A stretch of 64,000 nucleotides of DNA from Azolla caroliniana (lineage: Eukaryota; Plantae; Polypodiophyta), in assembly GCA_043228905.1 (NCBI GenBank), contig JBHGNT010000005.1, positions 24,738,001-24,802,000 on the forward strand. The letters run 5' to 3'. A program made the translations under genes and the position numbers. The notes below the pieces were generated by a model, which made no database searches, was not told the origin of the DNA, and saw nothing but the letters and a program-made list of their open reading frames with translations. The first letter of the stretch is position 1; each line of letters opens with the position of its first letter. Below, one piece after another: positions 1 through 14,347 of this stretch.

Positions 1-1239
1 ATGATGTAGGAATTCAAAGAAATATGGATCTATGTGTGTCCTTTTGTTCAAATATGTGTTACATATGTATGTGATAGCTGAATAGATCTCAATCTAGTAA
101 CTGCAACAAGCAAGCAAGCAAAAACCTAGGACTTGTAAGGGACACGTTTCCTCAAATGATTTTACTATGGAAATGTTAGTGAGTTCATTATTTTTGAAAC
201 CTTGAATTGATAACCATATTTTGGATAGCCTAACCTCTTTTATCCCTTGGTGATCATGCCTTGAGCCCTTACATTATGGAGCAACTAGTAAAATAGTGGC
301 ACATGCAAATTGAGCTCCAATGCACAAGTACCATGTTAACAAATTATATAGCTTTACCACTAGGGTGCAAACGTAACATTTACAAATATAAAAAATTGTC
401 TTTCCTTAATACCTCAATTGAGAGGCATATCCCACATATTGAGACTAGGTAATGTGCTCATCAAAAGAACCATACACTATAATGAAATGGTTATTATGAG
501 GCCACATCGATGACCTTGATTAGCATTACATGTCAATGGTAAAGAGACAAATATACAACCCCAACTAGCAATGTATGTCAATTTCAATCCTTTGTTCAGT
601 GAAATCAACTAAAGAGCTCAATTGACTAGTGAAACTCAGTAAAATATAAGGACTAGCAACTTGGACAACCAAGAGGATATGAATGCACTAAAATTAGAAG
701 TGTATGAGAATAAGACTCAGGTATTATTCATTTTGCATTTCTCACTTATTTTATCATTTTATTTGTCTTGTATATAAATATAGAGAGAGTGCATGTGTGT
801 GAGCGCATAAACAATCCAGTTTCAATGTTCTTTGTTGTTTCTTAGTCTATGTCGACCATTTGTGTGCCAAGGATCTATTGTGCTTGTCCTTTTCTTATTG
901 ATTACACTTGTTCTTTGCATACCCCCTAGTTGAACTTTGATCTCCTTAAGTGAGGTTCACTTTAAGCAAATAAAACTTTTTGTTTGTTGTGAGGATTACA
1001 TGAATTGTGGTCCGGAAATTTTTGTTTTATCATTTGACTACATGATTTATGATGCATCTTGTATCGGTGAAAGAACGCGTGATTACACTTTCGTTTTACT
1101 AATGAATGTCTTGTCAATTTTGGTCTCAAATGATTTTGAAATGAGGTTGCTTGTATTTGTAAAAGAATGAACAAATGCACTTTAGTTTAGCAATAAATAT
1201 CTTGTCAATTTTGGCCTCAAATGATTTTGAAATGGGGTT

Positions 1240-1266
1240 GGGGGGAGGGGGGGGGGGGGGGGGGGG
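1240..1266. repeat. poly-G tract (G-quadruplex capable), preceded by a ~41-bp direct repeat at 1109-1149 / 1200-1240
   Basis: Near-uninterrupted G run; tcttgtcaattttgg(t/c)ctcaaatgattttgaaatg(a/g)ggttg occurs twice just upstream. Confidence 0.85.
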
Positions 1267-3236
1267 CGGGTCGCTCCCAATTGGCATGACCTTATCTTGG
1301 TCCTAGGATTATATTTTATAGTGATCACGGATTGAGAAATTGTGGGATGTGTAGTGATCGTATGTTTTTATTCTCTCCTCTATATACTGCAACCAACAAT
1401 TTAAGTGAATGATAATAATAAGGTTTGAACTAAGAGCCCAAGGAAAGAAATTATGAACACATATATGTACATATTTATGTATGTTGCTTATGCATACAAA
1501 AGTGAGAGTTGTTTCTGAGCAGATGAATCACACCTCCTTGAAAGGGAAGGCTCGTGGCATTGATCCCCATTTCAAGATATAAACTTCAAAACGATACTTC
1601 CCCATGCTCGTAACCAAAGTCTAACAATACTATTTTACTACATATTTTATATCCCTCACAAAATAGTGTCTTTGAACATTTCCAAGACATAACGTTACTC
1701 CTTTAATTGAAACCCTACATCTAATCATTTCAATCTCAAGGCACACATAGTGATAGATTTCGCCCACCTTTTTTGTCTTGATATGGTGCAAGAAAGTGGC
1801 GTGTGGGGTGCATCCTCTCATATAGCATGGGGAGGTCGAATGATTGTTGCCACATCAATCCTTTTCTTTTCTTTTCTTTTCTTGTTGGGCTGCTAGCAAT
1901 TGTCTAGCTTCTGCTACCAACTCCCCCATCAATCCGTCTAACTTTATTGTAGCCGATAAGTAGCATTAATCATCTTTATCGGTATGAGTTGCACACCTAT
2001 AAGAGCAATCCAATGCTTATTGGTAATTGCAAGGGTGTTTTTATTATATAAGATGTATTCTTGTCTAATCTGACTTGTTGTGGAAAGTTAGAATGTTTCT
2101 GGAACTTACTTCCTCTTTCAATTTTTTAAAAGTCCTTCTATGGCATGAAGAAAATACATGTTTATCCTTGGCATAATGGACAAAAGTGTCATATGGAACA
2201 AAGGGTGGCTGAACTAATTATAAAGGTAATCACAATCAATCTCAAAAATCGCATGATTTGGATAGAGAGAAGCACATGATCTCATCTTGCCTACAAAACT
2301 ATGAATTTTTCTTAGTTTGGAGCACCTATGAAATTCATTACCAATAGTAGTTTATTACACTCTTGAAATGCAACATCTTGTGTTTGTCACTATCTACGTG
2401 GAATTTATCGTGAAATGCATCAAACTATTAGGAAATTCTTTATCCCATTAGGGCCTAGTCTTAACAACAACTAGAACATGCCTTGAACTTAGGAGAGTAC
2501 TTACAAATTGTTGACTACTTTTTGTCATATTTTATTCTTAACAAGTTAAGAAGTTCAACCTCTCATTTAATTGAAGGGTACTTTGATCCTAAACAATGCA
2601 TGCATGTAATTGGACTTAATTCCAACATAGAAAGATCAATCATCAAGTAATAAATAAGATCATGTTCAAATTTCTCCATCGGCTTCAAGCGCCATGCTAT
2701 ATTATATATTTGTCAATGACTTTTATTGGCCTCACACGGATCAAGGAAACCACTCTCTTGATAGCATGATGAGTAAGGTGAACACATTCTATTGAAGTTC
2801 GGCCATAGATAAATATTCATGACTCATTCATTAACTACACTTGATTTCGAAAACCCCATGTGGTACAAGTATGAGCAACTATTGGCAAATCACAATAAGA
2901 AAACACCTTCATCCATGAACATATGGGGCATACATCTTTGTATTATTCAAAAAATATTTTGAGAGATTTCTTATGTCAATACATAGTCTAACTTCATGGT
3001 GCCTCCATTTTGCCAGACATATCCAAATGCCTCTAAAATGCTAGCATGTGGTCCATTCATTAAAATTAACTCTATATATGTATCAATATTCCAAATCTCC
3101 TAGTTGTGCTCCAAGTACATATTGTATCTCGACAAACAATTATATGCCTTTTGTCATCTCTGTGCATATTTCTAAGATCTCGAGCTCATCTACACTTGTT
3201 AGATTAACTATTTGTTTGTCATAAGTAGGTGGATCC

Positions 3237-3367
3237 AACTGTAGATGAATTGGAGATGGATCCAAGTGCCGAAGAATAATTATAACGGGTGGTCAAGTAT
3301 TTTATGCTTGACCACCCGTTATAATTATTCTTCGGCACTTGGATCTATCTCCAATTCATCTACAGTT
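3237..3367. repeat. 131-bp inverted repeat (64-nt arms, 3-nt loop); hairpin RNA/MIRNA-like or foldback MITE
   Basis: aactgtagatgaattggagatggatccaagtgccgaagaataattataacgggtggtcaagtat-TTT-atgcttgaccacccgttataattattcttcggcacttggatctatctccaattcatctacagtt; only 2 non-Watson-Crick pairs. Confidence 0.95.
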
Positions 3368-4454
3368 TGTGCTTGTGTGTTGGGGGGCGATTGAGTATTT
3401 TATGGCAAACCTAACATCAAACTCATTGATGGACACTTGAAAGTTGAACCCACCATTGCAACATCTTGTTTATAAATTTGAGTATTTCATGTTGAATGCC
3501 AATGTATCATGTAAGTCATGTTGAGGCAATTTCTTACTAAGCGCGCTACCTTATATTATTTAATATTGTTGTGTCATGGTTCATTAGGGGGTGATAAGGT
3601 TTGTGTTCTTCATGTACGAGGATGGACATTGAGCTCACATATGTATAGCTCAAGTGGGAACCCATGTAATTCTACCCTTGTGGAAGCATTATGGTCCATG
3701 CATGGCATTGAGATATTTCTCACAATCATTTGGTTTGAAGTTGATATCATAATAGCATTGCCTGAAGTATCTCGATTTCTCATTTTGAACATCGATTACT
3801 CATTGCATTACCTTGCAAGGTTGTCTTGAAAAACAAATACCTTCACACAATTTAATGTGATGACCACTAATACACTCTAGAAGCAACATTCTATCAGTGT
3901 GTTTCTTCTGGAGTGTGTGAAATTTTCATTGAGTTTGAGATCTGCATCATTCATCTTTATTCATTTATGTTGTCACTTTCTTTTTCTTTTCCAAAACAAA
4001 AAACTCCATCCATTAGTTATAAAATTATACAATTGTGAATGTTATAACTTATAAACAAACCATAAAAAGGGGCTCGATAGTTTCATCGTATGTTGTCACA
4101 TTTTTAAACCAATTAACATTGGCATGAATGATCCATTCATGCAAGTCGCCATCTCAAGTGGTAACTCAAATTCCAAGGGTTTTTTTGTATGGCCTTTCAC
4201 ATGAAGTTTATTATCTACGTTTGTTCTTGTCCTCGCCTAATCTACCCTCCACAAAAGGCCACAACGATTCATTAGCAAACAACTATTTGGTACCTCTCTT
4301 TATTTCCTATATTGCATAAAAGTGGTTAGGCTATATAATGTGTAAGGTTGTTGTGTTCATGCTCAAGCGATACTCTAGCCTAAAACTAACATCGTTGGTG
4401 GTTTCTTACCCAATATTAAGAGGGTATAAATATTATTAAGTGGTTGGAAACTCC

Positions 4455-4910
4455 TCATCCAAAACCTAAAAGTTGGTATGGTTTCTAATTTGAACATATT
4501 CTTCTCACATTTTTCATTCAAGGTAACTCGTAGAGGGATTCTTTTTCAGAGCACATAGCTACCAAATTACCACCAATGAATGGCACACATGTACACTCAA
4601 ATATGTGTAGATCGGTAAAAAATTGGTTCACTTTTAATTTATATGATACACCCTTTCCATTTTGTTGTCCATTTAGTACAATATATTCAAAGCTCATGCA
4701 AAAACCTAAAGGTTGGTATTTCTCTAAGGAGAGGTCACGTTTTTTACATTTTTCATTCAAGGTAACTCGTAGAAGGCTTTTTATCCAAAAGCACGTAGAT
4801 ACCAAATCACCACCAATCAATGCAAGTACATTCCACCATGCGTAAATTATTAACGAACCAATTCAAAATTCCCTTTTTGTGATACACCCTCTCCATTTTG
4901 TTGTCGCCTC
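4455..4910. repeat. Degenerate tandem duplication, period ~240 bp
   Basis: aaaacctaaa.gttggtat, acatttttcattcaaggtaactcgtag and gatacaccct.tccattttgttgtc each recur about 240 bp apart. Confidence 0.8.
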
Positions 4911-7900
4911 AATGCAACATTCCAAAGATTCTTAAAAATGTGAACACAATTTGGTTGCTATGTAGACATAGTTAATATAGACATACCAACAAACACTAGA
5001 AGTTAGAAATTATTACATTTTTCTCTTTCATCCTTAAAACAAATAATGGTTTACTCATGTGGACTAGAAGACAAGCTCATGTTGTTTCAAGGAATTGTTC
5101 CAAGGGTAGATTCCAAACTGTTTCGCTCAAGTACTTGGAATTGCGCAAGCACAAGGAAAGCAATGACAATAGTTTACATGTTTTTCAATATATTAGTTAG
5201 TGGAAAGCATCTTATACATATTATGACAGAGTAAATTGGTGTAGTCTATAACATAGGGTTTGCATATTGTGCGGGGAATGAGACCCGTAAGGCATAGCTC
5301 AAAAGTCCACATGTATTTGCGTGTGAATGTCACTTAATTGAATGGATGTGATATAGCATAGTTTATGTAGAAATTACATTTGTTCAAATCTGATCATTTG
5401 CTCAATTGCCTTCATCTCAAATATGGCGTAATTCTAGAATATAGATAAACTTTACGTCTTTTTATACAAAAGTTGTATTATAACAACAAAGTCTATGGGT
5501 CTTCTTAAGAAGATGTGCATATGATCCAAAAGTTGCCAATCCATGAAAAAATGGTTTCAAACAAAAATACTAATACTTTTACAAAAAATCAGATATAATT
5601 TGTTTCAATTCCAACAATGAGAAAGAGGAATTGTGAGAAATGATCAAATAGGATTTCCGTTATAGTGATTAAAACACATAAACAACTCAAAATGATAAAT
5701 CACTGAAAACAAAAATATACACTACAACAATGCACAAGCAGACAATTAGTTCTGACTATTTGAACCGAAAGGTTTCTATCCACTAACCAAAACTTTTAAG
5801 TATGAAATGGGAACTCATATTTGTAATTGATAAGTTTCTATTTCAACAATTATGACCACAAAGTGAGTTTAGTTTCAAAAAATCTAGTTCTTCGGGATGA
5901 ATTATTTCGCAAACACTTACAATGATAAATTCTTGTCCTATATAAAGAGGATATTGGATCTCATGTTTTACTAGAGTGGATGCATGCCATATCAAAACAA
6001 TAATAAACCCTCTCATACTTTATGATTTTGTATCTGAAGCAGGTTTAATCAAACCAACGAGTGGTATATGTGTCCTTATTAAGGATTATTAAGTTACTTC
6101 ACATAAATGCTAAGCCTAACTTCAAATGCGATAAAAGCAATTCTATTCATGTGCATGTCTTCTAGAGTACACAAATTGTGTTTTCAACATGTTTTCGCCT
6201 CATAAATTTGTTAAGGTGGAAGAAGAAACTTTTGTCAATATATTGAAAATGAGCATTGAATAGTGGCCAAAAGGAGAAGGAATATAGGATGTTATCCACG
6301 AACGGATCTACTTATATGATTAATGATTTCAACCTTCATATCTTGATAAAAAAACAAGTCCCTCACATTGTTTCCTATGCGCCACCTTCAAAGACAGACA
6401 TTCATGAATTTGCTATATATCATTATTTTGTTCTTTAAAGAAACAATCTTTTGCTCAAAAATGTTACCACAAAGTGATTGTTCATGACAAAAACACTAGT
6501 TGTGGCTCTTTGCTTATTTTAACTAGAAATTGCTATAAAATTAGTTTCACCATCTTTTATTAAAACTACATGGACGTTCCATTTATTTGTATCGTTCCAT
6601 TACATTTCGTAATAAGAGGCAATGCATTTCATTGTGTTATGCATGTAGTGACTTGCGTTTTTCAATTGAGAAAAGCTTTCAATCAATAGGCAAACATCAA
6701 TTTTTTGGAAAAATAAAAATAAACAAAGTAGGCAAACATCATTAAATGGAGAATTTCTACCTAACAAATTGGGCATCAAGCCAACAAATTGTACTTCTTC
6801 TTGATGTTCTAAAAAAACATTTCTCTTTTTTCTTTCGGAATGAGGGTAACCCATGGACATTGGTTAGTCTAGCCCCCTAGCTTATGCAAGGGGTTTGCTT
6901 CACTTCAGCTTGGTTTGAGTTTCTTAAGTTTAGCACATGTGAACATTTGTATATAGCTAAGACTAGTACAAAAAAAATGTCACATCTCATTACAAGGTCT
7001 TTGCCAAATAGCTTGGGCCACTGTTCCTTTCTCCAAATATATAAGAAATGAAAAGTACAACCTGAATGAGAAGCTTAATTCTATTTTCCACATAAAAAGT
7101 AGAGAAAGTCTTGAAGGCATTCATTGATATTGGCAAATCATACTTCTAAAATGAAAATTTCCCTTTATTATTACCAATAGTGGAAAGAAATTGTCGAGAC
7201 TCGAGGGTTGAGACTTCATAATTCATATCTACTTCATATTATAATATCCAACACCATGGATTGAAGAATATGAGAATGAAATGCAAAACAAAACACAAGA
7301 ATTATTTATGAGATAGTTTCATATCCAAAATTGGTTGCCTCTCAATCATAGATATTACAAATTATAGGTTGAATTTACATTGTGTACCAATAGGTATCAT
7401 ATGTACACTAAACAAAGTGTACTTGGAGGGGTCCAATGAATGTTGTATCCTAAATCATCATTGGATTGATGTGGTGTTGTAGCATTCATGGTTGGGTTTG
7501 GGGGTTGGGGGAGGCTCTATGCCACGTGGTTTTGGTCCCACTTAGTAAGACAAAAAAGGCAAAATGAAGACTCATCTGCATCCCTCGTCCCCCATTTCCC
7601 AAAACGATTGTTTGCATTGCATTTGCATTAAGAGAAAAATAAAGATTTCAGGTAGGATGTTGAGAGGTGAGAGATTACTCTTCAACGGACATTCATTTGT
7701 GTGGCATATATCATTGCCATAAGCTATAGGGATTGTAAGATTGTTTGGAAAGCTTGTCATCCCTCTTGGCGAATGGCTCAAGTTTCACCAAAAATGTATT
7801 GGAAAACAATATTGCTTAGAGGCAAATGGATGTAAGAACACATAGTTGTGGATATTATGTAAATTGGTATGATTAGGGTAAAAAAAGAGGTGTAAGTACC

Positions 7901-8876
7901 CTAAACATTACGACAATATAAATATTGAAGTATTAGGCATGGTAATTACATATCAAAGAAATTCACATTACCCTTGGTGATATGTGTTGATAATAAATAT
8001 CTCATATGGTGAGTCGTGACAAAAGGTGCTCTCTTGTTTGTTTCTATATTAAAGTTGGCGAGGATCACACTCCATATACAACTTACAAAGTTACAAGTAC
8101 TGTTTCTTGTTTAGAAAACATATCACCTCTTGCCCTTGGTAAAAAGAAAAATAGAGAGACATGGGATTAAATTTTAATCTTGATTGATAGTGGGGTTTTG
8201 AACACTAATGTGATTTAGACTAAAAGATTAATTAATTATCCTGCTGAAGTTGTGTGTCTTTTTCTTTGGAGCAATAAAGGGTTGTTCTATTGAACAAAAT
8301 ATAGAAGGTTGGTCATAAAGTAAACTTTTATTGTCCATGCATTGTACCCTTTACTTAGTCCGAAATTCTCTCTCTTTTGTGTGTGGTCTAAATATGTCAC
8401 ACACACACATACAAAACATAACATGGATACCGTTCATGCATACATAGCCACATACATATATATATAACACAACGTGTAACATACAATATACACACTTACC
8501 ATTCATGGGAATAAAAACATATGGTACATGAAGGCCTCATCAAAGGGTAAACCCAAAATAATCTACATGTTGAATTGGACACTGATTGTACAATATTCCT
8601 ATGATTGCAAATAATCCATATTGTGTGCAAATTCTAGTATCAAGCCCATGCAAAAAGGGATGGTGAGGGGCTCAAAGTGTTGTGGTAAAAACTAAAGGCA
8701 ATGAGTTAGACACGCTTTTGAAAGCATTGAGCACGAGAACTAAAACTAGTGCCGAGTGTTCTCGACTAATAGCTACAAGAAAAGGATATCACACGAAAAG
8801 GATCTGTAGAGTAGAGGAGAGGAGAGTTGAGACCGGAGAGTAGATACACACACACGGAGTTGTATGGATGCATGTT

Positions 8877-8956
8877 CATACATACATACATACATACATA
8901 CATACATACATACATACATACATACATGCATGCATGCATACATGCATATGAAAGTG

Positions 8957-8990
<34 letters not shown>
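8877..8990. repeat. Compound microsatellite (CATA)n/(TGCA)n/(CA)n upstream of the HD-Zip gene
   Basis: Directly visible. Confidence 0.95.
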
Positions 8991-8992
<2 letters not shown>

Positions 8993-9626
8993 TCAATCAT
9001 GCATCATGGTGATGAGATAAGTGATTGGTATGATTGAATGAATAAGGGTAAGATATTATGCTAAGAGTCTTAAGAGGTGAGGGCCACCAATAATCTCTTG
9101 TATGTCTTGTCAACCCTCCCCTTCCCTTTCTCTTTTTGTCTCCTCCTCCACTTCTTCTTCTTCTTTTACTTGCATTTTCTTCAATACACACCCCTCACCA
9201 CACCATTGATAGCTTATGCTAATGTAGTTTGCATATAATCTCTTGCTATTTCTAACCATAGCCATAGCTTGCTTCTTATATATATATATATAGATGTAGA
9301 TATATATGCAATGTTATGGCCATGCTCTTCCAGTATGCTACTTAAAAAAGTCTAACCCTTCTTCTTCTTCTTCTTCTTCTTCTTCATTATGTGTTTAAAC
9401 CTCTGACCCATCTATCCATCCATCCATCATCATCACCACCACTAAGAATGTGGTGATTTACTCTAAGTAGACAGAGATCAAATCAGTATGAGAGAGAGAG
9501 AGCAGTAGGAGGAGGAAGGATTTGATCATCATTGTTAATCATTAGTAGTTGTAGAAGTAGTAGTAGTAGATTCTGAAGTAGAAGTGGTTGGTTGGGTTAG
9601 TAAGGAAGTGATCAAATTCTGGGTTC

Positions 9627-9827
9627 ATGGCATTATGCCTTGAAATTCCAATTGGATTCAAGATGGCTAAGCAGGTATTGATCCATGCTCATGCTCATGC
9701 TCATGCTCATGCTCAGGTTCAGGCTGTCATACAGATTTCCACTGGAGTTAACCCTGCCCACAACCACTCTAATACTTCTCTCCTCCATTACAACCGCAAC
9801 TCTTCTTCTTCTTCTTGCTTCCAATAA
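9627..9827 (+). promoter_or_regulatory. Candidate upstream ORF (66 aa) in the HD-Zip I leader
   Basis: ATG...TAA ORF MALCLEIPIGFKMAKQ... ends about 150 nt before the main ATG, within a CT-rich leader-like region. Whether it is transcribed is unknown. Confidence 0.35.
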
Positions 9828-9974
9828 CACTCAATTTCTTCCTCCTCTTCCCTCTTCCCTCTTCCCTCTTCTCTCTTCTCCTTCTTCCTTTACTCTGTTC
9901 TTTCTTCTCTTTGGAATACATTCAGTCAGATTGAGTAGTGTACATATACATCACACACATATTTATGTAATTAT

Positions 9975-12527
9975 ATGCAAAACATGGCATGGAGGCTTAA
10001 TAATACTTCTCATAATCTGGCCATGGTTGGATCATCATCACCACCACCACCACCAATACCATTGTATCATGCTGCTGCTGCTGCTGAAACAGGGGACATG
10101 AAATTGGTCCATAACAATATACCTCCCATTCCTGGTAATTTTCTCTTCATTCTTTACTCATTCATTCATTCATTCTTCTTCTTGGGTTCATACTTGATGA
10201 TGTCCACATACAATTCCCGTGGACATTGCGAATTTTCGGACCTCCGGACATTTCAGAGGTTCGGACTAACGATATTATAAATTCTACGAAGCTCATCTTG
10301 ATGTTCAAACACACACCAAAACTCGATCGGGAAGTGGGCTCTATCCCAGTGTTAGCCCATCACCCCTTAGTGTGCCTTGGCTAGGTATGTCCTACCCCAT
10401 GCCTAGGCCCTACCCCATAAACCTCATAATGTTGAACAATACCCACTATATTTGAGGATTGACACGGGGCCAAGAGTTGGCTCTCTTTCCTATGTCGGAA
10501 ATTGGGATTGGTACGTTTCCAACTTATAGCCCCATGCTTCCCATTATGCTAGCCTCGAGCTAGCTAGCACGGCCTATATGATGACTTTAGTTCGTCTAAG
10601 AAGAAGTTGGTGGTAACACATAGCATCATATGTTAAACATGGGGTCTCATTACCCATATAGGAAATGAAGATCAACGTGTTTTTTTACTTGGAGCCCCGT
10701 GGTCTACATCACACTAGCTAGCTCGGCCTATATGATGACTTTAGTTTAGTCCATCTAAGAATTTGGGGTGTGTTTATGGAAAGAATCGTTTGTTTAAAAT
10801 GAGGTCTTCTTCATTAAAGGAATTGGCACTGGATCGAATTAGTTGTGCAACTCGCATAACAATGCCCAACACTTGTTTTGTGTGTAGGGATATAAACAAC
10901 TAGTAAGTGTGGCCCCCTTCTTTTCCCACATGGAAAAACAAATGTCTCTATAATTTATTGTGATTTTTGTGTACGTATGTATGGCATATATATGGAGAGA
11001 GAGAGGGAGGGAGCAAGAGATTGTTATGGCTTCAATTATGTAATATGTGTAGATCAATTCAATGCCACCATGGCATCTGCATCGCAATCTCGAAAGCGCA
11101 AGGTACCACATAAACAATTAATAACCCGAGAAATTCTTGATTGCAATATTGATGATGATGAATTGCTCGATGAAGACGATATCAATGACTTGGACTTGGA
11201 CATGGATGACATTAAAGTTTCTCGTCATGGTAACATGAACAACATGGTGAAGAAAAGGAGGTTAACTAGTGAGCAAGTGAAGTTCCTCGAGGCGAGCTTC
11301 AACGTGGATTTGAAGCTTGAACCCGAGAGAAAAGCATTGATTGCGAAACAATTGGGGATACAACCTCGACAAGTTGCAATTTGGTTCCAAAACCGAAGAG
11401 CTCGATGGAAGAACAAGCAACTTGAGCATGAGTACGAGGCTCTGAAGCTCAAATATGAAGCTTTGGTGAAAGACAATGATTTAAAGAGAGATGGTGCCAT
11501 GATGGAAGAAGAAAATAAAAAACTACACTTAGAGGTACTTGGCTTCCACTCTTTTGTTTTCCTCATTTTATTAACTTCTCTTCAGTTTTGATAGTTTCAA
11601 TGTATTGAGTAGGATAGATCTCTTTAAGGAGTCTATTGTTTTGACAAGCTTAGTTTTGAAAACCATAAACCTTGGGTTAAAAGCATGTCTGCATGGTTAG
11701 GGCCTACCACATATTGATTATTTTTTTATGTAACATTGTTTTTCATGCTAAAAAGAATAACTACAAAAAAACCTCGAAGCTTAGAAAAATTAAGTTGTTT
11801 TTTATTCTAAAATATTTATGATTCTATCCTAATGAATCTCATTGCAATCCTATTTCCTCAAGTTCCTTTGAAAACTCTACATTAGTTTGGTTTAGGAGAC
11901 ACCTGTCTTCCAGAAAACAACCAAATCAATGTATATGTTGCTTCTACATTTAGAATTTTTGGGGTGACTTGTTAGAACCTCGAATACATTGCTTTGGAAA
12001 ATTTGAAAATTTGATCTCATATGTAGCATAGGTAGCGCTTGAAGAAGCTCCCACCTATAATTTGATCGAGATTTCCTTTGTAGGTCGCACGCCTCACTGC
12101 CCTATTGTTGCGACAAACTGATGAGACTCGACGTGGTGGCATCAAATCTGCCCATGCCAAGGTCAATGGTATAAGTAGTGGTACAGAAACAACGAAAATG
12201 TCACCAGATTTAATAGACTCTGATTCCGAAAGTGGTTCTATGAAGGAGCAACTAAGTGCCAAGTCAGAGCTTGCATCTCCAACTAAGTCTTCAATCGATG
12301 AACAAAGTGAAATGCAAGGATCATCATCTCAAAAACAATACAATGTTTGTGAATTTTGTGATCATCAACATCCGATTCTCTTGGCTCAAGATGAGACTAT
12401 TATGTTCGAGAACAACCATCGCACATTCATGTTTCACCAATTCGTGCATGGATTTAACGGCACAACCGAAGAGCTCTTCTCACATTGGGAGGATCAAGCA
12501 CATGCATTCACCATATGGGGTGGGTGA
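9975..12527 (+). CDS. Homeodomain-leucine zipper class I transcription factor, 361 aa; exons 9975-10134, 11053-11534, 12084-12527
   Basis: Homeodomain [17 protein letters not shown]...LEPERK...[25 protein letters not shown] followed by a leucine zipper. GT-AG introns have matching phases (1, 0) and the spliced length is 1086 nt. The acidic/aromatic C-terminus ([17 protein letters not shown]) resembles an AHA motif. The start codon could alternatively be 9984 or 10023. Confidence 0.9.
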
Positions 12528-14013
12528 TACATTAAATAAGGCTACCAATATAGCTATGCATTTAGTTAGAAGTACAGTCTAAGCCATGCATATATACATA
12601 TATACACACATACGTGTATATCTATATATTCATTTCCCTTGCAATTTATTGATAAATCATGATCTAGTATGATTAAGTTGCATTCTTCATAATTTAGTAA
12701 ACTCCCATGGCCTTCGAAAAGTGATTCTCAAAATGGCATCCTTCCGAATCCTCCAAAAAATTTCCCAAGGGAGTTTACATATGTCTTGGTATGAGTTTGA
12801 GTGATTAAATGTCAATGTGAAACCATTGTATATTTTTTATCCCTTTTTTCAATATGAACACTAGAAAATGACCATAAATATGTGATTGCATTAAACTCAG
12901 TTTTTTGTTGACCCCACTCATGATTCTTTCAAGCTAATTTCCACATCACCACTTGGAAACTTATACGAATGCTTTAACTATAAACACTGATCCTTGAAAG
13001 CAGAAAGCTAAAGTAATGCTCTCCTCGTGATTTGACAATGTTGTATCATTGGTCGACTTATCACAAAAAAAGAAGATACGTTGATCTACTGCTCTGAGTG
13101 TTGATTTGCTTTAGTTTTGATTTTTCTATTTGGGTTACACATTCAAATCTCTTGAAACGATTGTGGACAAAAGTTGCAGACATGAGAAGAGAGGTAACTT
13201 ACCAACCACCAAATTTATGGTATGCCATGCATCATCAATCAAATATCTCATGCAAGTTATGAACCACCAAATGCTTTCCTTTAAATGATCCTGAACAAAA
13301 GGCCACATTTATATTGGTAGGTATTGCACGTCAAAAAGGCAAAACTTTCATAGGACCCAATTTTTATATTAATAGTGTTTGTCATTATGGAAAAGGAAAG
13401 AGGCTAAAATCATTCTTTATTCCCAAGAAAAAAACAAATGAAAAGAAAGAGATAGAATTTTGTTAGGTATATGCGGAGAGATTATACAAAGAGAACTTAG
13501 CAAAAGACTTGAGTTTTTCTTTATTTCCCGGAATCTACTCGTCAAACCGACGAAAAGGGAACAAGTTGATGAATTGACCATACAAACAACTGTGCAAATG
13601 CAACATATATTTGAGAAAAAGCAGGTGAATTTGCCCCTATGATTGCTCAAATATTAGACATCTTTTCTCTTTTGGGGGGTTTAACGATGGACATGTCTGA
13701 AAATAATGAAAATCTAGGAGCATTTGGGTAGATAAAGAGAAACTCATGGCTATTTCCTAGTTTCCTCCCCTATATATTTATGGCCGACAAATATTTTATG
13801 TTAGCATAAGATGTCCTTTATTATCAATGAATTATCAATGAATGTATTACTGGAAATAAAACAATATTGTAAAAAGTTGAAGAAGATTTCATTTCTACTC
13901 TCTAATTAGAGTCATTTCAAAAAACGTTTGAGAACATGAGATAAGATAATGCTCAAACTACAAATAAAAAAATGTGAATATTTCTCCTTTGTAGATGTTA
14001 CCAATATGAAGAC

Positions 14014-14347
14014 AATCCAGCAAGTTTTGAAAGCAGTGATGTTGAAATTCAACATGTAAAATATGGAACAATAAATTTCCAAATATCACTAAGAAGAATA
14101 ATTACATTGCCTACACTTAATTGCACTTTCCCATTAGGTAGACACAAAAACATGTTTCACCAATTTGTGCGCCTTTGCCCAATCCAGCAAGTTTTGAAAG
14201 CATTGATGTTGAAATTCAACATGTAAAATAGGGAACAATAAATTTCCAGATATCACTAAGAAGAATAATTACATTGCCTACACTTAATTGCACTTCCCAT
14301 TAGGTAGACACAAAAACATGTTTCACCAATTTGTGCTCCTGTGCCCA
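14014..14347. repeat. Tandem duplication of ~167 bp (2 copies, high identity)
   Basis: aatccagcaagttttgaaagca...caccaatttgtgc.cct.tgccc repeated back-to-back. Confidence 0.9.

Noticed and set aside
1-8700. Protein-coding genes in the first 8.7 kb
   Set aside because: Only short low-complexity ORFs with no recognisable domains; likely decayed repeats and intergenic DNA that cannot be classified by eye.
8766-9191. Short ORFs with CVCV/YIHT runs
   Set aside because: They are translations of microsatellites.
10977-11052. ORF-track start MYGIYMERE... as the HD-Zip N-terminus
   Set aside because: It lies in intron 1; the AG at 11051-11052 joins exon 1 in the correct phase.
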